From: Sphingobacteriales bacterium
GTDB lineage: Bacteria > Bacteroidota > Bacteroidia > UKL13-3
DNA: 64,000 bases
Assembly (NCBI GenBank): GCA_021299635.1
Contig: JAJTFA010000002.1
Coordinates: forward strand, 249,110-313,109
Direction of reading: 5' to 3'
Positions 17,748 to 28,777 of this stretch are shown in pieces. The notes under the pieces are model-generated. The model made no database searches. It was not told where the DNA came from and saw only the letters and a list, made by a program, of their open reading frames with translations. Position numbers and translations under genes: made by a program. Positions within the stretch are counted from its first letter, which is position 1, and every line of letters begins with the position of its first letter.

Positions 17748-18752
17748 ATGAAAGTAGCTGTTGTTGGCGCCACAGGTTTGGTTGGCACAGTCATGTTAAA
17801 GGTTCTGGAAGAAAGAAAATTTCCGGTAACTGAGTTAATTCCGGTTGCCTCTGAAAAATCGGTAGGCAATAAAATAACCTGGAAAGGCAAAGCATACACC
17901 GTGCATAGTATGGAGCAGGCTATTGTTGCCAAACCTCAGCTGGCTTTGTTTTCTGCCGGGGGGGCAACCTCACTGGAGTGGGCTCCTAAGTTTGCGGCAG
18001 CAGGCATCTACGTAATTGATAATTCATCAGCATGGCGCATGGATCCGGAGAAGAAACTGGTCGTTCCTGAGGTAAATGCGAATGTATTAACAAAGGATGA
18101 TATGATTATTGCCAATCCCAATTGCTCAACGATTCAGATGGTATTGGTATTACAGCCTATTCATTTACAATACGGAATAAAGCGTGTTGTGGTTTCAACT
18201 TATCAGTCGGTAACCGGAACAGGAGTGAAGGCAGTTCATCAAATGGAGAATGAAAGAAAGGGAATAAGTGGAGAGATGGCATATAAATATCCGATTGATA
18301 AGAACGTAATACCACAAATAGATGTATTTCTGGAAAATGGATATACCAAGGAAGAAATGAAAATGGTGAATGAAACCAAAAAGATTTTAGGTGATGATGC
18401 GGTTAAAGTTACAGCAACTTGTGTGCGTATTCCTGTAATGGGCGGACACAGCGAGAGCGTAAACCTTGAACTGAACAAATCATTTACACTAGCTGATATC
18501 AGAAACTTGCTTGAACATACCCCAGGAGTGGTGGTAAAGGATGATCCTTCTGCTGCTGCTTATCCCATGCCGCTGCTTGATGCGCATAATAGAGATGAAG
18601 TGTTTGTTGGTCGGATCCGCAAGGATGATTCCGTTGAAAATGGCTTAAATTTATGGATTGTAGCAGATAATTTAAGAAAAGGCGCTGCCACAAATGCCAT
18701 TCAAATTGCAGAGTATTTGCTGGATAAACACATCATATCAACTGTTGGATAG
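17748..18752 (+). CDS. asd: aspartate-semialdehyde dehydrogenase
   Basis: MKVAVVGATGLVGTVMLKVLEER..., catalytic-region ...NPNCSTIQMV...; 334 aa. Confidence 0.9.
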   Translation: MKVAVVGATGLVGTVMLKVLEERKFPVTELIPVASEKSVGNKITWKGKAYTVHSMEQAIVAKPQLALFSAGGATSLEWAPKFAAAGIYVIDNSSAWRMDPEKKLVVPEVNANVLTKDDMIIANPNCSTIQMVLVLQPIHLQYGIKRVVVSTYQSVTGTGVKAVHQMENERKGISGEMAYKYPIDKNVIPQIDVFLENGYTKEEMKMVNETKKILGDDAVKVTATCVRIPVMGGHSESVNLELNKSFTLADIRNLLEHTPGVVVKDDPSAAAYPMPLLDAHNRDEVFVGRIRKDDSVENGLNLWIVADNLRKGAATNAIQIAEYLLDKHIISTVG

Positions 18753-18987
18753 TTTACCTGAATACACGTTGGCACAATTGGCGCTTAGAAACGGCCAGGA
18801 TAAGGCAGAGATTTGGATAGCCTACAAAGGCTTGATTTATGATGTGGCAAAAAGCAGGTTGTGGCGAAATGGCAAGCATTATGAGCATTGGGCCGGGCAA
18901 GATCTGACGGATGAATTAAAAGAGGCTCCTCACACCGAAAATGTTTTTGATAAATTTGAAGTGATTGGCAAATTGGTGGGTAATTGA
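18742..18987 (+). CDS. cytochrome b5-like heme/steroid-binding domain protein
   Basis: EYTLAQLALRNGQDKAEIWIAYKGLIYDVAKSRLWRNGKHYEHWAGQDLTDELKEAPHTENV matches small cyt-b5-domain proteins. The start is uncertain: TTG at 18742 is inside the asd 3' end, and the tracked ORF begins at 18694. Confidence 0.5.
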   Translation: MLDSLPEYTLAQLALRNGQDKAEIWIAYKGLIYDVAKSRLWRNGKHYEHWAGQDLTDELKEAPHTENVFDKFEVIGKLVGN

Positions 18988-19116
18988 TGGAAATACATTA
19001 TTGTCAATGCTGTAAAGCCTGGTAAAATGTAGCATCCTAATTATTTGACTTTGTATTAATATTATTCGTTTGTTTTCTAACCTGAGTTTATAAATTTGCG
19101 CCCTCCTATTCAAATC

Positions 19117-20151
19117 ATGAAATATTATAAATATCTCTTACTTCTCCTACTTCCGCAACTCATATATGCGCAGGAAAAACATCTGGCAAACATCAAACAG
19201 CTTACATTCGGAGGTGATAATGCTGAAGCTTATTTTAGTCCGGATAGCAAAAAGCTGAGTTTTCAGTCGAACAACCCATTGTGGGGGCTTAAATGTGATC
19301 AGATTTATTACCTCATTATTGAAGAAGCAGAAGAAAACAAAATATACCAGCCCATGCCGGTAAGCAATGGAGAAGGACGCACCACTTGTTCTTACTATAT
19401 GCCAGACGGAAAGAAGATTTTGTATGCTTCTACATTTAAAGGAGGTAAAGAGTGCCCGCCCGATCCGCCAAAAACAACGAAATATCTATGGTCTATTTAT
19501 CCGGAGTATGATATTTTTATTTCTGATGAAAAAGGAAAATTGCTTAAGCAATTAACTGATCTTCCGGGTTATGATGCAGAAGCCACCGTTTCGCCCAAGG
19601 GAGATAAGATAATTTTCACTTCTACCAGGAATGGTGATCTTGATTTATTCATAATGGATATAAATGGTAAAAATGTAAAACAGGTAACCAATACCTTGGG
19701 TTATGATGGAGGTGCATTTTTTTCTCCTGATGGAAGTAAAATTGTTTTCAGGGCATCTAGGCCGCAAGGAGAAGATACAATTGAGTACAAAGCGCTGCTG
19801 GCAAAAGGTTTGGTTCAGCCAACCAAAATGGAACTTTTTGTGATGAATGCAGATGGCACAGGCATACGCCAAATTACCAATTTAGGCAAAGCCAACTGGG
19901 CGCCCTTTTATCACCCTTCAGGAAAGAAAATCATTTTTTCCTCTAATCATCACTCCGACAAAGGGTATGATTTTCAGTTATTCATGATTAATGAAGATGG
20001 TACAGGTTTAGAGCAGATCAGTACTGAAAGTAAATTTAATGCTTTTCCAATGTTTTCACCGGATGGTAAAAAGTTGGTGTTCTCCTCAAACCGCAATAAT
20101 GGCGGAACAACTGATACCAATCTATTTGTTGCAGATTGGGTTGAAGAATAA
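19117..20151 (+). CDS. TolB-like periplasmic protein with WD40-like (PD40) beta-propeller repeats
   Basis: Signal peptide MKYYKYLLLLLLPQLIYAQ. Repeated FSPDGKK(L/I)VF..S.R..G motifs. Confidence 0.7.
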   Translation: MKYYKYLLLLLLPQLIYAQEKHLANIKQLTFGGDNAEAYFSPDSKKLSFQSNNPLWGLKCDQIYYLIIEEAEENKIYQPMPVSNGEGRTTCSYYMPDGKKILYASTFKGGKECPPDPPKTTKYLWSIYPEYDIFISDEKGKLLKQLTDLPGYDAEATVSPKGDKIIFTSTRNGDLDLFIMDINGKNVKQVTNTLGYDGGAFFSPDGSKIVFRASRPQGEDTIEYKALLAKGLVQPTKMELFVMNADGTGIRQITNLGKANWAPFYHPSGKKIIFSSNHHSDKGYDFQLFMINEDGTGLEQISTESKFNAFPMFSPDGKKLVFSSNRNNGGTTDTNLFVADWVEE

Positions 20152-20212
20152 TCACGTGATATAGGTTTTGATAACAGATGCGCCCGCGGCTTTGTTAAGC
20201 AAGAAAAACAAT

Positions 20213-21337
20213 CTATTCCCTGATTCTACCAACACCAAAAGTATGCCGATAAGTGAAGTATAATGAATAGGAATAATCCAGCTGTGCTGCAGCCGGATTA
20301 TATAACGGCTCAAAGCGCGCATCTATATAGAGATGCTCAGAAATCTTCTTCTGATAAACCACACGTAAAAAAAGCAATTCCCGATTTTTCAGCAGCAGTC
20401 CGGGCTTATCTATCGAAACCGATTGGTAAATTGATGTTCCGCGTGGCGCTATAAATTGTTGGGCTTTCCAGTAACTGAGTATTAAGGTTAAATCTGCAAT
20501 TCTTGCCGATAGGTTTGCGAATATGCCATTGCCGTTTCTGTATGCATAATTTCCGGATTGGGTCTGCTCAGCAAAACCAACCCAATAGAAATTGCCTTCT
20601 ATATATTTAATTGATCCGGCCAGCTTTCTCTTTGCAAGAAAACCAACTGCACCATTCAGCACCATTTCCATATTCCCTGTATCGGAGTCAATTTGTCCGC
20701 CTTTGTGATGGGCGGTGAATTGGGTGCTTACAAAAATTTCGGTATGGTTGGACGTTTGCAACAAACGAGGCATAAGATTAAAGCCTGTTGTGAATCTTTC
20801 TTTAAACGGGTCCTTTCTTTCAATAAATTGTTCCCAATTAATCCATACATCATAAAAGCCCTTCTCATTTTCTCTTTTAAATTGAAACCCATTTTCAATT
20901 CTGCGTTCAATTGCTGCATTGATATCAAATAGAGGTTCTATGAGCCGGTGATTTAATGCTCCTTCCAGTGTGCCGAAAAGAAAATGATTATGCTTTCCGC
21001 TGTTCAGTTGCAGCGTAAATGTGGGTAAAACTTGTGTAAAGGCCCTTTTACCGCCAAAATCATTTCTGGCAAATACACCAAATAATAGGCAATACTGATG
21101 GCCGGGTTTAATATACACTGATGGTTGTAGCTGATAACCAAAAAGCGTTCGGCCCAACTCAATATCATTAAAATATTCGGTATTACGCATATAAGGCATG
21201 GCCTCAATATGAAATCCAATGGTTTGGCTATCGGTTTTGTAAATATTACGGGAATCAGTAATGATATGGTTATCTATTTGCCCAAGTGCGGGCAGAAACC
21301 AAACCATTATGACTACGGAAAATAAAATTTGTCTCAA
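20213..21337 (-). CDS. hypothetical outer-membrane protein; TTG start gives a good signal peptide
   Basis: 374 aa. Signal peptide MRQILFSVVIMVWFLPALGQ only with the TTG start at 21337. Aromatic-rich beta-strand-like composition. No recognisable motif. Confidence 0.45.
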   Translation of the reverse strand: MRQILFSVVIMVWFLPALGQIDNHIITDSRNIYKTDSQTIGFHIEAMPYMRNTEYFNDIELGRTLFGYQLQPSVYIKPGHQYCLLFGVFARNDFGGKRAFTQVLPTFTLQLNSGKHNHFLFGTLEGALNHRLIEPLFDINAAIERRIENGFQFKRENEKGFYDVWINWEQFIERKDPFKERFTTGFNLMPRLLQTSNHTEIFVSTQFTAHHKGGQIDSDTGNMEMVLNGAVGFLAKRKLAGSIKYIEGNFYWVGFAEQTQSGNYAYRNGNGIFANLSARIADLTLILSYWKAQQFIAPRGTSIYQSVSIDKPGLLLKNRELLFLRVVYQKKISEHLYIDARFEPLYNPAAAQLDYSYSLYFTYRHTFGVGRIRE

Positions 21338-21366
21338 GTTGTTCGAAGGTAAATAAAATCAACAAA

Positions 21367-21397
21367 AAAGGCTGTTTCAGTTAGCGAAACAGCCTTT
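21367..21397 (-). terminator. rho-independent terminator after sucD
   Basis: aaaggctgtttc-agttagc-gaaacagccttt gives a perfect 12-bp stem flanked by A/T runs. Confidence 0.75.
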
Positions 21398-21417
21398 AAT
21401 AATAAAGTGATATAAAA

Positions 21418-22305
21418 TTATTTACCCGCTTTAACGCCAATCACCTCAGCCATTTTTGATCCAATCTCGGCTGGAGAAGCAACTACATGCAAGCCACATT
21501 CCGACATGATTCTCATTTTGGCTTCGGCAGTATCATCTTTACCTCCAATAATTGCACCGGCATGACCCATCCTTCTGCCCGGAGGTGCTGTTTGGCCCGC
21601 TATAAAACCTACAACAGGTTTTTTGTTTCCATTGGCTTTAATCCATCGGGCAGCATCTGCTTCGTAGCTTCCGCCAATTTCGCCAATCATTACAATGGCA
21701 TCGGTTTCAGAATCGTTCATCAGCATTTCAACGGCATCTTTAGTTGGGGTTCCAATAATCGGGTCTCCTCCAATACCAATTGCAGTCGATATTCCTAAGC
21801 CAGCTTTCACAATCTGATCGGCCGCTTCGTAGGTAAGTGTACCGGATTTGGAAACAATACCAATTTTTCCTGATTTGAAAACAAAGCCTGGCATAATCCC
21901 TACTTTGGCTTCGCCTGGTGTAATTACACCCGGGCAGTTGGGGCCAATTAAAACGCAGCCTTTGCTTTTAACATATTCTTTTACCGGTATCATATCCTTC
22001 ACAGGAATACCTTCAGTAATGCAAACAATTACTTTAATTCCGGCATCGGCAGCTTCCATAATTGCATCGGCAGCAAAAGCCGGAGGAACGAAGATGATGG
22101 AAACATCTGCCCCTGCTTTATCCACAGCTTCTTTTACGGTATTGAAAACAGGCTTATCCAAATGTGTTTGGCCACCCTTTCCCGGTGTTACTCCGCCAAC
22201 CACGTTGGTTCCGTATTCAATCATTTGCTGTGCGTGGAAAGACCCTTCACTTCCGGTAAATCCCTGTACTATTACTTTTGATTTTTTGTTAACTAATACT
22301 GCCAT
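21418..22305 (-). CDS. sucD: succinate--CoA ligase [ADP-forming] subunit alpha
   Basis: [45 protein letters not shown]... with the phosphohistidine region ...GHAGAII... ATG confirmed at 22303-22305. sucC is not adjacent. Confidence 0.9.
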   Translation of the reverse strand: MAVLVNKKSKVIVQGFTGSEGSFHAQQMIEYGTNVVGGVTPGKGGQTHLDKPVFNTVKEAVDKAGADVSIIFVPPAFAADAIMEAADAGIKVIVCITEGIPVKDMIPVKEYVKSKGCVLIGPNCPGVITPGEAKVGIMPGFVFKSGKIGIVSKSGTLTYEAADQIVKAGLGISTAIGIGGDPIIGTPTKDAVEMLMNDSETDAIVMIGEIGGSYEADAARWIKANGNKKPVVGFIAGQTAPPGRRMGHAGAIIGGKDDTAEAKMRIMSECGLHVVASPAEIGSKMAEVIGVKAGK

Positions 22306-22455
22306 TTTGTTTTTGTAGTTGTATATTTTAAGTGGGCAAATATGCGTTTTTTTAAGGAAAAATACCTTAGCCAATCATCGCCTTACATATTAGCCCTGAG
22401 CAATTGCAGCTGAAATATTTGATAGTGTGCAAAATCCATTGCCAATAGGCATATT

Positions 22456-24231
22456 TTATAGCGTAGAATTGGTTTCGGCAAACTGCATCTGATAAAGTTG
22501 ATGGTACATCCCATTCTGCTTCAGCAGTTTTTCGTGCGAGCCCTGTTCTGCTATCTCACCTTTGTCTAAGACCAAAATTTCATCGGCATGCTGTATGGTG
22601 CTTAGCCTATGTGCAATTACAATACTTGTTCTGCCTTTCATCATTTGTTTAATAGCATGCTGTATTGTTTCTTCTGTTTCATGATCTACCGAAGAAGTTG
22701 CTTCATCCAGTATGAGCACCGCAGGGTTGGTTACCATCGCTCTTACAAAAGAAATAAGTTGCCGCTGTCCTACGGATAGGGTGGCACCGCGTTCATACAC
22801 ATTCTGATGATAACCTTGAGGCAATTGCTTAATAAATTCATGAGCGCCCAGCATTTTTGCTGTCTCTATTACTCTCTCTTCGCTAATATCCGGATGATGC
22901 AGCCGAATATTATCTAAAACCGAACCACTGAATAAAAATACATCCTGCAGCACTACCGCTATGTGTTTTCGCAACTCATAGATATCCATTTCCTGAATAT
23001 TTATTCCATCTACCAAAATACTGCCTTTATTTATTTCATAGAAACGGCTGATGAGATTAATCACAGATGATTTGCCTGCTCCTGTTGCGCCAACCAGAGC
23101 AAGTGTTTTACCCGGAGCAACATGAAAACTCATATCTTTTAATACATCAAATCCTTCCTTATAAGCAAACCAAACATATTTAAATTCTATATCACCCTTT
23201 ATTTGAGGAACAGGCAGTTTACCTGTTGGTTGTATATTATTTTTTTCATCAAGCAAATCGAAAATACGGTTTGCTGCCACCATCCCCATTTGCAAGGTAT
23301 TGAATCGATCAGCCAGTTGCCTGATAGGTCTGAAAAACATATTAATGTACATGATGAAAGCAACCATTGCACCAACTGAAATATCATGGGCCATTATAGC
23401 TTTAGCCCCATACCAAACGATAAGTGCGGTTGATGTGGCTGCTATGAGTTCTACAACAGGAAAAAAAACGGAATAATACATTACCCCGCGGATATTGGCA
23501 TCTCTATGCTGTGCGTTAATCTCTTTAAAATTTCCATATTCTGTTGCCTCTCTATTAAACAGCTGAACAATTTGCATGCCCTGTATATGCTCCTGTACAA
23601 ATGTATTTAAACGTGCAACCTGATTTCTCACATCTTCAAAAGATATTCTTACCTTCTCCTTAAAAATATAACTTGCATATAGCAATAAAGGCAGTACGGA
23701 TAAACTCACCAGCGATAGTTTCCAATCCGTTCCGAACATCATGCTTAATATAAATACAATCTGCAGGATATCGCCAGATATATTTATGAGCCCTTCACTA
23801 AAAACATCTGCTATGGTTTCAATGTCAGAAACGGTGCGTGTAACCAATGTTCCTACAGGTGTCTTATCATAAAACAATAACTTAAGACCGGTTAAATAAT
23901 CAAACACCTTCAGTCGAAGATCTTTTATAACATTTTGCCCCAGATAATTGGTGAGAACTGTGCTCCATACCTGAATGCCACTTTGAAATACAAGTATTCC
24001 CAAAATCAGCAAACACATATTTATGAGGCCACTTGCATTGCTTGTGGCAATATATTCATCTATGGTGTGTTGAATGAGATAAGGCCTCAACGGCCCTAAA
24101 AAAGAGGTAAGTGTGGTTAGAATAATGGCTATATAAACCTTTTTTTGATAAGGTTTTGCAAGCCCATAAACACGTTTCAGCAGAGTCAAATCAAACGCTT
24201 TGCCTTGTTTAAATGTGCGTGTTACTGTCAT
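22456..24231 (-). CDS. ABC transporter ATP-binding/permease fusion (MsbA-like lipid/multidrug exporter)
   Basis: Six-TM N-terminal domain. Walker A GATGAGKSS, signature LSVGQRQ, Walker B ILILDEATS. Confidence 0.85.
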   Translation of the reverse strand: MTVTRTFKQGKAFDLTLLKRVYGLAKPYQKKVYIAIILTTLTSFLGPLRPYLIQHTIDEYIATSNASGLINMCLLILGILVFQSGIQVWSTVLTNYLGQNVIKDLRLKVFDYLTGLKLLFYDKTPVGTLVTRTVSDIETIADVFSEGLINISGDILQIVFILSMMFGTDWKLSLVSLSVLPLLLYASYIFKEKVRISFEDVRNQVARLNTFVQEHIQGMQIVQLFNREATEYGNFKEINAQHRDANIRGVMYYSVFFPVVELIAATSTALIVWYGAKAIMAHDISVGAMVAFIMYINMFFRPIRQLADRFNTLQMGMVAANRIFDLLDEKNNIQPTGKLPVPQIKGDIEFKYVWFAYKEGFDVLKDMSFHVAPGKTLALVGATGAGKSSVINLISRFYEINKGSILVDGINIQEMDIYELRKHIAVVLQDVFLFSGSVLDNIRLHHPDISEERVIETAKMLGAHEFIKQLPQGYHQNVYERGATLSVGQRQLISFVRAMVTNPAVLILDEATSSVDHETEETIQHAIKQMMKGRTSIVIAHRLSTIQHADEILVLDKGEIAEQGSHEKLLKQNGMYHQLYQMQFAETNSTL

Positions 24232-24977
24232 GACTGAATTAGCTGTTGCGGATAATAAACGGCTGTTAAAAAAAGGCCATGTGCTGGCACAGATTGTCCT
24301 GCTTCTGAGCGATTTCGGCTGTTTAAAATTTGACCAAATTGTTCAATGGTAATATTGTTTCTGCCAACTTCAACCAATGTTCCTACAATGGCTCGTACCA
24401 TATTTCGTAAAAACCTGTTGGCGCGAATGGAAAAGATAATTTTATTATCAATTGCGCTCCATTCAGCGAGCATCACTTCACAATTAAAATTGTTTACTTG
24501 GGTATGAACCTTGCTGAAACACTCAAAGTCTTTGTGTTGAAGAAGCAATGCAGCTGCCTCATTCATTTTATCTATTTGCAGGTTGCCGTATTGATACCAG
24601 GCAAGTTGTTTAGCAAATGGATCGGGTACTTTTGTGATGTGATACTCATATGCCCTCCATGCAGCATCAAAACGCGCATTAAATTCATCCTTTACTGCAA
24701 TACAATCAAAGACTGCAATGTCATCTGGCAACATTTGATTGAGTTTAAAAATCATTTTATCAAAATCAGCAATGGGTTTGCTGCAATCAAAATGAGCATA
24801 ATAAACCTTAGCATGCACACCGGTATCCGTGCGACCGCAACCTAATGTTTCAATATTTTCACCAAGTAAAAGAGAGAGTCTGTTATCCAGCTCCTGTTGC
24901 ACCGTATGGGCGTTGTGCTGTTTTTGCCAGCCATGATAATTTGTACCGTTATAAGCAAGTGAAAGCAAATATCGCAT
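24228..24977 (-). CDS. truA: tRNA pseudouridine(38-40) synthase
   Basis: MRYLLSLAYNGTNYHGWQKQ...GCGRTDTGVHA...; overlaps the ABC gene start by 4 nt. Confidence 0.85.
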   Translation of the reverse strand: MRYLLSLAYNGTNYHGWQKQHNAHTVQQELDNRLSLLLGENIETLGCGRTDTGVHAKVYYAHFDCSKPIADFDKMIFKLNQMLPDDIAVFDCIAVKDEFNARFDAAWRAYEYHITKVPDPFAKQLAWYQYGNLQIDKMNEAAALLLQHKDFECFSKVHTQVNNFNCEVMLAEWSAIDNKIIFSIRANRFLRNMVRAIVGTLVEVGRNNITIEQFGQILNSRNRSEAGQSVPAHGLFLTAVYYPQQLIQS

Positions 24978-24980
24978 ACC

Positions 24981-26177
24981 TTACATTTTCTCGTAAATCA
25001 CTGCCACCCCCTGACCTACGCCTATGCACATGGTTGCTACACCATAACGCACATTTCTTTTTTGCATTTCATGAATGAGTGTGGTGCTAATGCGTGCTCC
25101 GCTGCAACCCAGCGGATGACCCAATGCAATGGCACCACCATTAACATTAACCACATCCGGATTAACACCCAATTCTTTCATACATGCTATACTCTGAGAA
25201 GCGAACGCCTCATTTAATTCCATGAGCCCAATTTCGTTTATGGTTAAACCTGCGCGCTTCAACGCTTTTTGTGTGGCTGGTACTGGTCCAATTCCCATAA
25301 TGGCCGGCTCCACTCCGGCAACACCTCTGGCAACTATTCTGGCTAATGGTTTCAGGTTATAGGATTTAACAGCATCCTCTGAGGCGAGTAACAATATAGA
25401 TGCACCATCATTTACTCCGCTGGAATTACCTGCGGTAACAGTTCCATCTTTTTTAAAAGCAGGCTTAAGTTTAGCCAATTCTTCAAGTGTAGTTTGGCGC
25501 GGATGCTCATCTTTATCAAATGGTATGGATTCTCCTTTCTTCTGCGGTATTGTTACGGCAATCATTTCTTCTTTAAAACGGTTAGCCGCATGTGCAGCCG
25601 CATACTTTTGCTGAGATGCCAGCGCAAAAGCATCTTGCTCCTCTCTGGATATTTTCCATCGTTCAGCAACATTTTCCGCAGTTTCACCCATGCTGTATGG
25701 ATGATACAAGGCTGCAAGTTTTTTATTGGTAAATCGCCAGCCAATGGTTGTATCATATATTTCAGGAACACGGGCAAATGCCTGTTCAGCTTTTGCCATC
25801 ACAAATGGTGCGCGTGTCATACTTTCCACACCACCTGCCAGATATATTTGACCATCACCGCAGGCAATGGCTCTGCTGGCATCAGCTATGGCCTGCAGGC
25901 CCGATGCGCATAAACGGTTAACCGTATTGCCCCCAATTTCAATTGGCAAGCCGGCCAGCAATAATGCCATACGGGCTACATTACGGTTATCTTCTCCTGC
26001 CTGGTTTGCAGCACCCAAAATCACATCCTCAATTGCAGCTACATCAACTGTAGGGTTGCGTTCAATAATGGCCTTAATTACATATGCCGCCAGATCATCG
26101 GGCCTCACAGTGGCAAGTGCGCCCCCATAACGGCCAACTGGTGTGCGTAAAGCATCTACTACATATACTGTTTTCAT
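24981..26177 (-). CDS. acetyl-CoA C-acyltransferase (thiolase II / 3-ketoacyl-CoA thiolase)
   Basis: MKTVYVVDALRTPVGRYGG..., active-site regions NRLCASGLQAI and ...NGGAIALGHPLGCSGARI... Start moved to the ATG at 26175-26177. Confidence 0.9.
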   Translation of the reverse strand: MKTVYVVDALRTPVGRYGGALATVRPDDLAAYVIKAIIERNPTVDVAAIEDVILGAANQAGEDNRNVARMALLLAGLPIEIGGNTVNRLCASGLQAIADASRAIACGDGQIYLAGGVESMTRAPFVMAKAEQAFARVPEIYDTTIGWRFTNKKLAALYHPYSMGETAENVAERWKISREEQDAFALASQQKYAAAHAANRFKEEMIAVTIPQKKGESIPFDKDEHPRQTTLEELAKLKPAFKKDGTVTAGNSSGVNDGASILLLASEDAVKSYNLKPLARIVARGVAGVEPAIMGIGPVPATQKALKRAGLTINEIGLMELNEAFASQSIACMKELGVNPDVVNVNGGAIALGHPLGCSGARISTTLIHEMQKRNVRYGVATMCIGVGQGVAVIYEKM

Positions 26178-26260
26178 GGTCAGATTATTCAGGGAATACG
26201 GAGCAAATGTAATTGAATTGTTTAATGAATATAACGTAACTTGCACCAAATTTCATTCAC

Positions 26261-26743
26261 ATGATACAAAGACTCCAAACAGTTTATTTAATTGCCATCA
26301 TTATCATTGCTGCCGTTTCGTGCAGCGGTCAACTTATTAGCAGCCATCAGCTGCTTCCGGGGCAAGTTAAAGACTATACACTCAATGCCATCTATTTCAA
26401 TGTGTATGAAAATGGCATATTGGTTTCATCACAAATTCAGTTCATGCTTATTTTACTTACCTCTGTTCTTATCGGATGGACCATCAATATCATTTTAACC
26501 TATAAAAATCGTGTGAAACAGATGCGCTTTACCAAAATTAATTTTGCAGTAATTGCCATTTATATTCTGGCACTTTTTGTAAAGGCTTTTATGCTTATCC
26601 CTGACTTTAGCTTTAGCGGGCTAAGTTTAAAGTCTACATTTGGTGTAGCCTTGCTAATTTTTATGCTATATTTAAATATGCGTGCGCTTATGCTTATGAA
26701 AAAGGATGATGAGTTGGTGCGAAGCGTAGATAGATTGCGTTAA
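26261..26743 (+). CDS. hypothetical small membrane protein
   Basis: 160 aa with 3-4 predicted TM helices and no motif. Confidence 0.45.
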   Translation: MIQRLQTVYLIAIIIIAAVSCSGQLISSHQLLPGQVKDYTLNAIYFNVYENGILVSSQIQFMLILLTSVLIGWTINIILTYKNRVKQMRFTKINFAVIAIYILALFVKAFMLIPDFSFSGLSLKSTFGVALLIFMLYLNMRALMLMKKDDELVRSVDRLR

Positions 26744-26762
26744 TACTTTTCCAAAGATTTCT

Positions 26763-27797
26763 ATGCTCGAAAATAAAGGTAAAACAGAGTTAAGTTCGTT
26801 GGGTGAGTTTGGATTAATAGACTTGCTAACATCTCATATCAAGCACTATAACCCTTCAACCATCAAAGGTGTGGGCGATGATGCGGCAGTAATTAAAAAT
26901 GGTAATGTGTGTACGCTTGTATCTACCGATATGTTGCTGGAAGGTGTTCATTTTGATTTGTCTTATTTCCCACTTAGGCATCTGGGTTATAAAAGCATTG
27001 TGGTTAACCTTTCTGATATTTATGCAATGAATGCCCAACCCAAGCAGGTAACGGTGAGTTTTGGCATATCCAGCAAGTTCTCTCTGGAGGCCATAGAAGA
27101 AATTTATGCAGGTATGCTGCTTGCTTGTGAGAATTATAAGGTCGATTTAATTGGGGGCGATACATCTTCATCCAAACAAGGTTTGGTTATTAGCATAACG
27201 GCTATTGGTGAATGCCCTGAAGATAAAATAGTTTATCGTAAAGGTGCCAAACCTATGGATTTACTTTGTGTTACAGGCGATTTGGGTGCAGCCTATATGG
27301 GTTTTCAATTGCTGGAGCGAGAGAAGAGGGTGTATCTAGCCAACCCTGAAATACAGCCCGACCTGGAAGGGCATGATTATATTGTGGAGCGTCAACTGAA
27401 ACCTGAAGCACGAAAGGAAATTATTGATGCACTTGAACAATATCAGCTAAAACCAACGGCCATGATTGATATTTCTGATGGGCTTTCGTCAGAGATATTT
27501 CACTTGTGCAGAAACTCCAATATTGGTATTACACTGTTTGAAGAGAAAATACCTATAGATCCTACAACTTATGAGATGGCAAGAGAAATGGATCTCGACC
27601 CTACCTTGTGTGCACTTAGCGGAGGCGAAGATTATGAATTGCTTTTTACCATAGATCAGAAAGATTATGATAAAATCAAAAATCATCCTGAAATTAGTAT
27701 AATTGGTCATTGCACCGATGAGGCAGAGGGCATACACCTGATCACTAAATCCGGTAATAAGCATGCCTTGCAGGCGCAGGGTTGGAAAGCCTTTTAA
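26763..27797 (+). CDS. thiL: thiamine-monophosphate kinase
   Basis: AIR-synthase-related fold: GDDAAVIKNGNVCTLVSTDMLLEGVHFD... Confidence 0.8.
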   Translation: MLENKGKTELSSLGEFGLIDLLTSHIKHYNPSTIKGVGDDAAVIKNGNVCTLVSTDMLLEGVHFDLSYFPLRHLGYKSIVVNLSDIYAMNAQPKQVTVSFGISSKFSLEAIEEIYAGMLLACENYKVDLIGGDTSSSKQGLVISITAIGECPEDKIVYRKGAKPMDLLCVTGDLGAAYMGFQLLEREKRVYLANPEIQPDLEGHDYIVERQLKPEARKEIIDALEQYQLKPTAMIDISDGLSSEIFHLCRNSNIGITLFEEKIPIDPTTYEMAREMDLDPTLCALSGGEDYELLFTIDQKDYDKIKNHPEISIIGHCTDEAEGIHLITKSGNKHALQAQGWKAF

Positions 27798-27800
27798 TCA

Positions 27801-28220
27801 ATGGGGCGTATCGTAGCTATAGATTATGGAGCAAAGCGCTGTGGTGTGGCTGCAACCGATCCGCTGCAGATTATTGCGGGGGCTATTGCAACCATAGATA
27901 CCAAACAAATACTTACGTATTTAAAAGATTACCTAAGTAAAGAGCAGGTAGATGTGTTGGTGGTGGGAAAGCCCATGCGGTTGGATGGCAGTGATACCCA
28001 TTCCACAGCTGCTGCAGAAAAATTCGTAACTTCGCTGCGTCAGTTATTCCCAACTCAACAAGTGGAGCAAGTTGATGAAAGATTTACTTCAGCCATTGCT
28101 CAAAGAAGCTTGCTGGAAATGGGTTTGAAGAAAAAAGACAGACAAAAAAAAGAGAACATAGACCAGGTAAGTGCAGCATTGATATTGCAAACCTACCTTG
28201 AAATGAAAAACATAAAGTAA
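27801..28220 (+). CDS. ruvX: Holliday junction resolvase-like / pre-16S rRNA nuclease RuvX (YqgF)
   Basis: MGRIVAIDYGAKRCGVAATDP... Confidence 0.85.
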   Translation: MGRIVAIDYGAKRCGVAATDPLQIIAGAIATIDTKQILTYLKDYLSKEQVDVLVVGKPMRLDGSDTHSTAAAEKFVTSLRQLFPTQQVEQVDERFTSAIAQRSLLEMGLKKKDRQKKENIDQVSAALILQTYLEMKNIK

Positions 28221-28222
28221 CC

Positions 28223-28777
28223 ATGATTCTACCAATTGTTGCATTTGGCGACCCCGTGTTACGCAAAAAAGCAGTAAACATTAGCAAAGATTATGATGGC
28301 TTGGAAATGCTTCTGGACAGCATGTTTGAAACCATGTATGCTTCGCATGGTGTGGGTCTTGCAGCTCCGCAAGTTGGCAAGTCTATCAATCTGTTTATGC
28401 TGGACACTGCTCCTTTTGAAGACGAAAAGTATCCTGCACTTAAGAAGGTATTCATTAACCCTGAAATTATTGATGAATCCGGTGAAATATGGGAGTTTGA
28501 AGAAGGCTGCTTAAGCATTCCGCATATCCGAGAAAACGTTAAGCGATACACAAGTCTTACCATCCGCTATCAGAATGAGAATTTTGAGCAACTCGAAGAG
28601 TCCTATGATGGCATTGCAGCAAGGGTTATACAGCATGAATACGACCATTGTCAGGGTAAGCTTTTCGTAGACCACTTATCTGAACTGAAAAAGAGGTTGT
28701 TAAAAAATAAACTCATTAGCATATCTAAAGGTGCAGTAAAAGTAGATTACAGAATGCGTTTTCCTTCTGCCCGCTAA
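28223..28777 (+). CDS. def: peptide deformylase
   Basis: Motifs GVGLAAPQVG, EGCLSIP, HEYDHCQG. Confidence 0.9.
   Translation: MILPIVAFGDPVLRKKAVNISKDYDGLEMLLDSMFETMYASHGVGLAAPQVGKSINLFMLDTAPFEDEKYPALKKVFINPEIIDESGEIWEFEEGCLSIPHIRENVKRYTSLTIRYQNENFEQLEESYDGIAARVIQHEYDHCQGKLFVDHLSELKKRLLKNKLISISKGAVKVDYRMRFPSAR

Noticed and set aside
20152-20212. TCACGTGA palindrome and a CCGCGG-containing GC-rich patch between convergent genes, considered as a terminator
   Set aside because: No stable stem followed by a T-run. It is just short palindromes, so not called.
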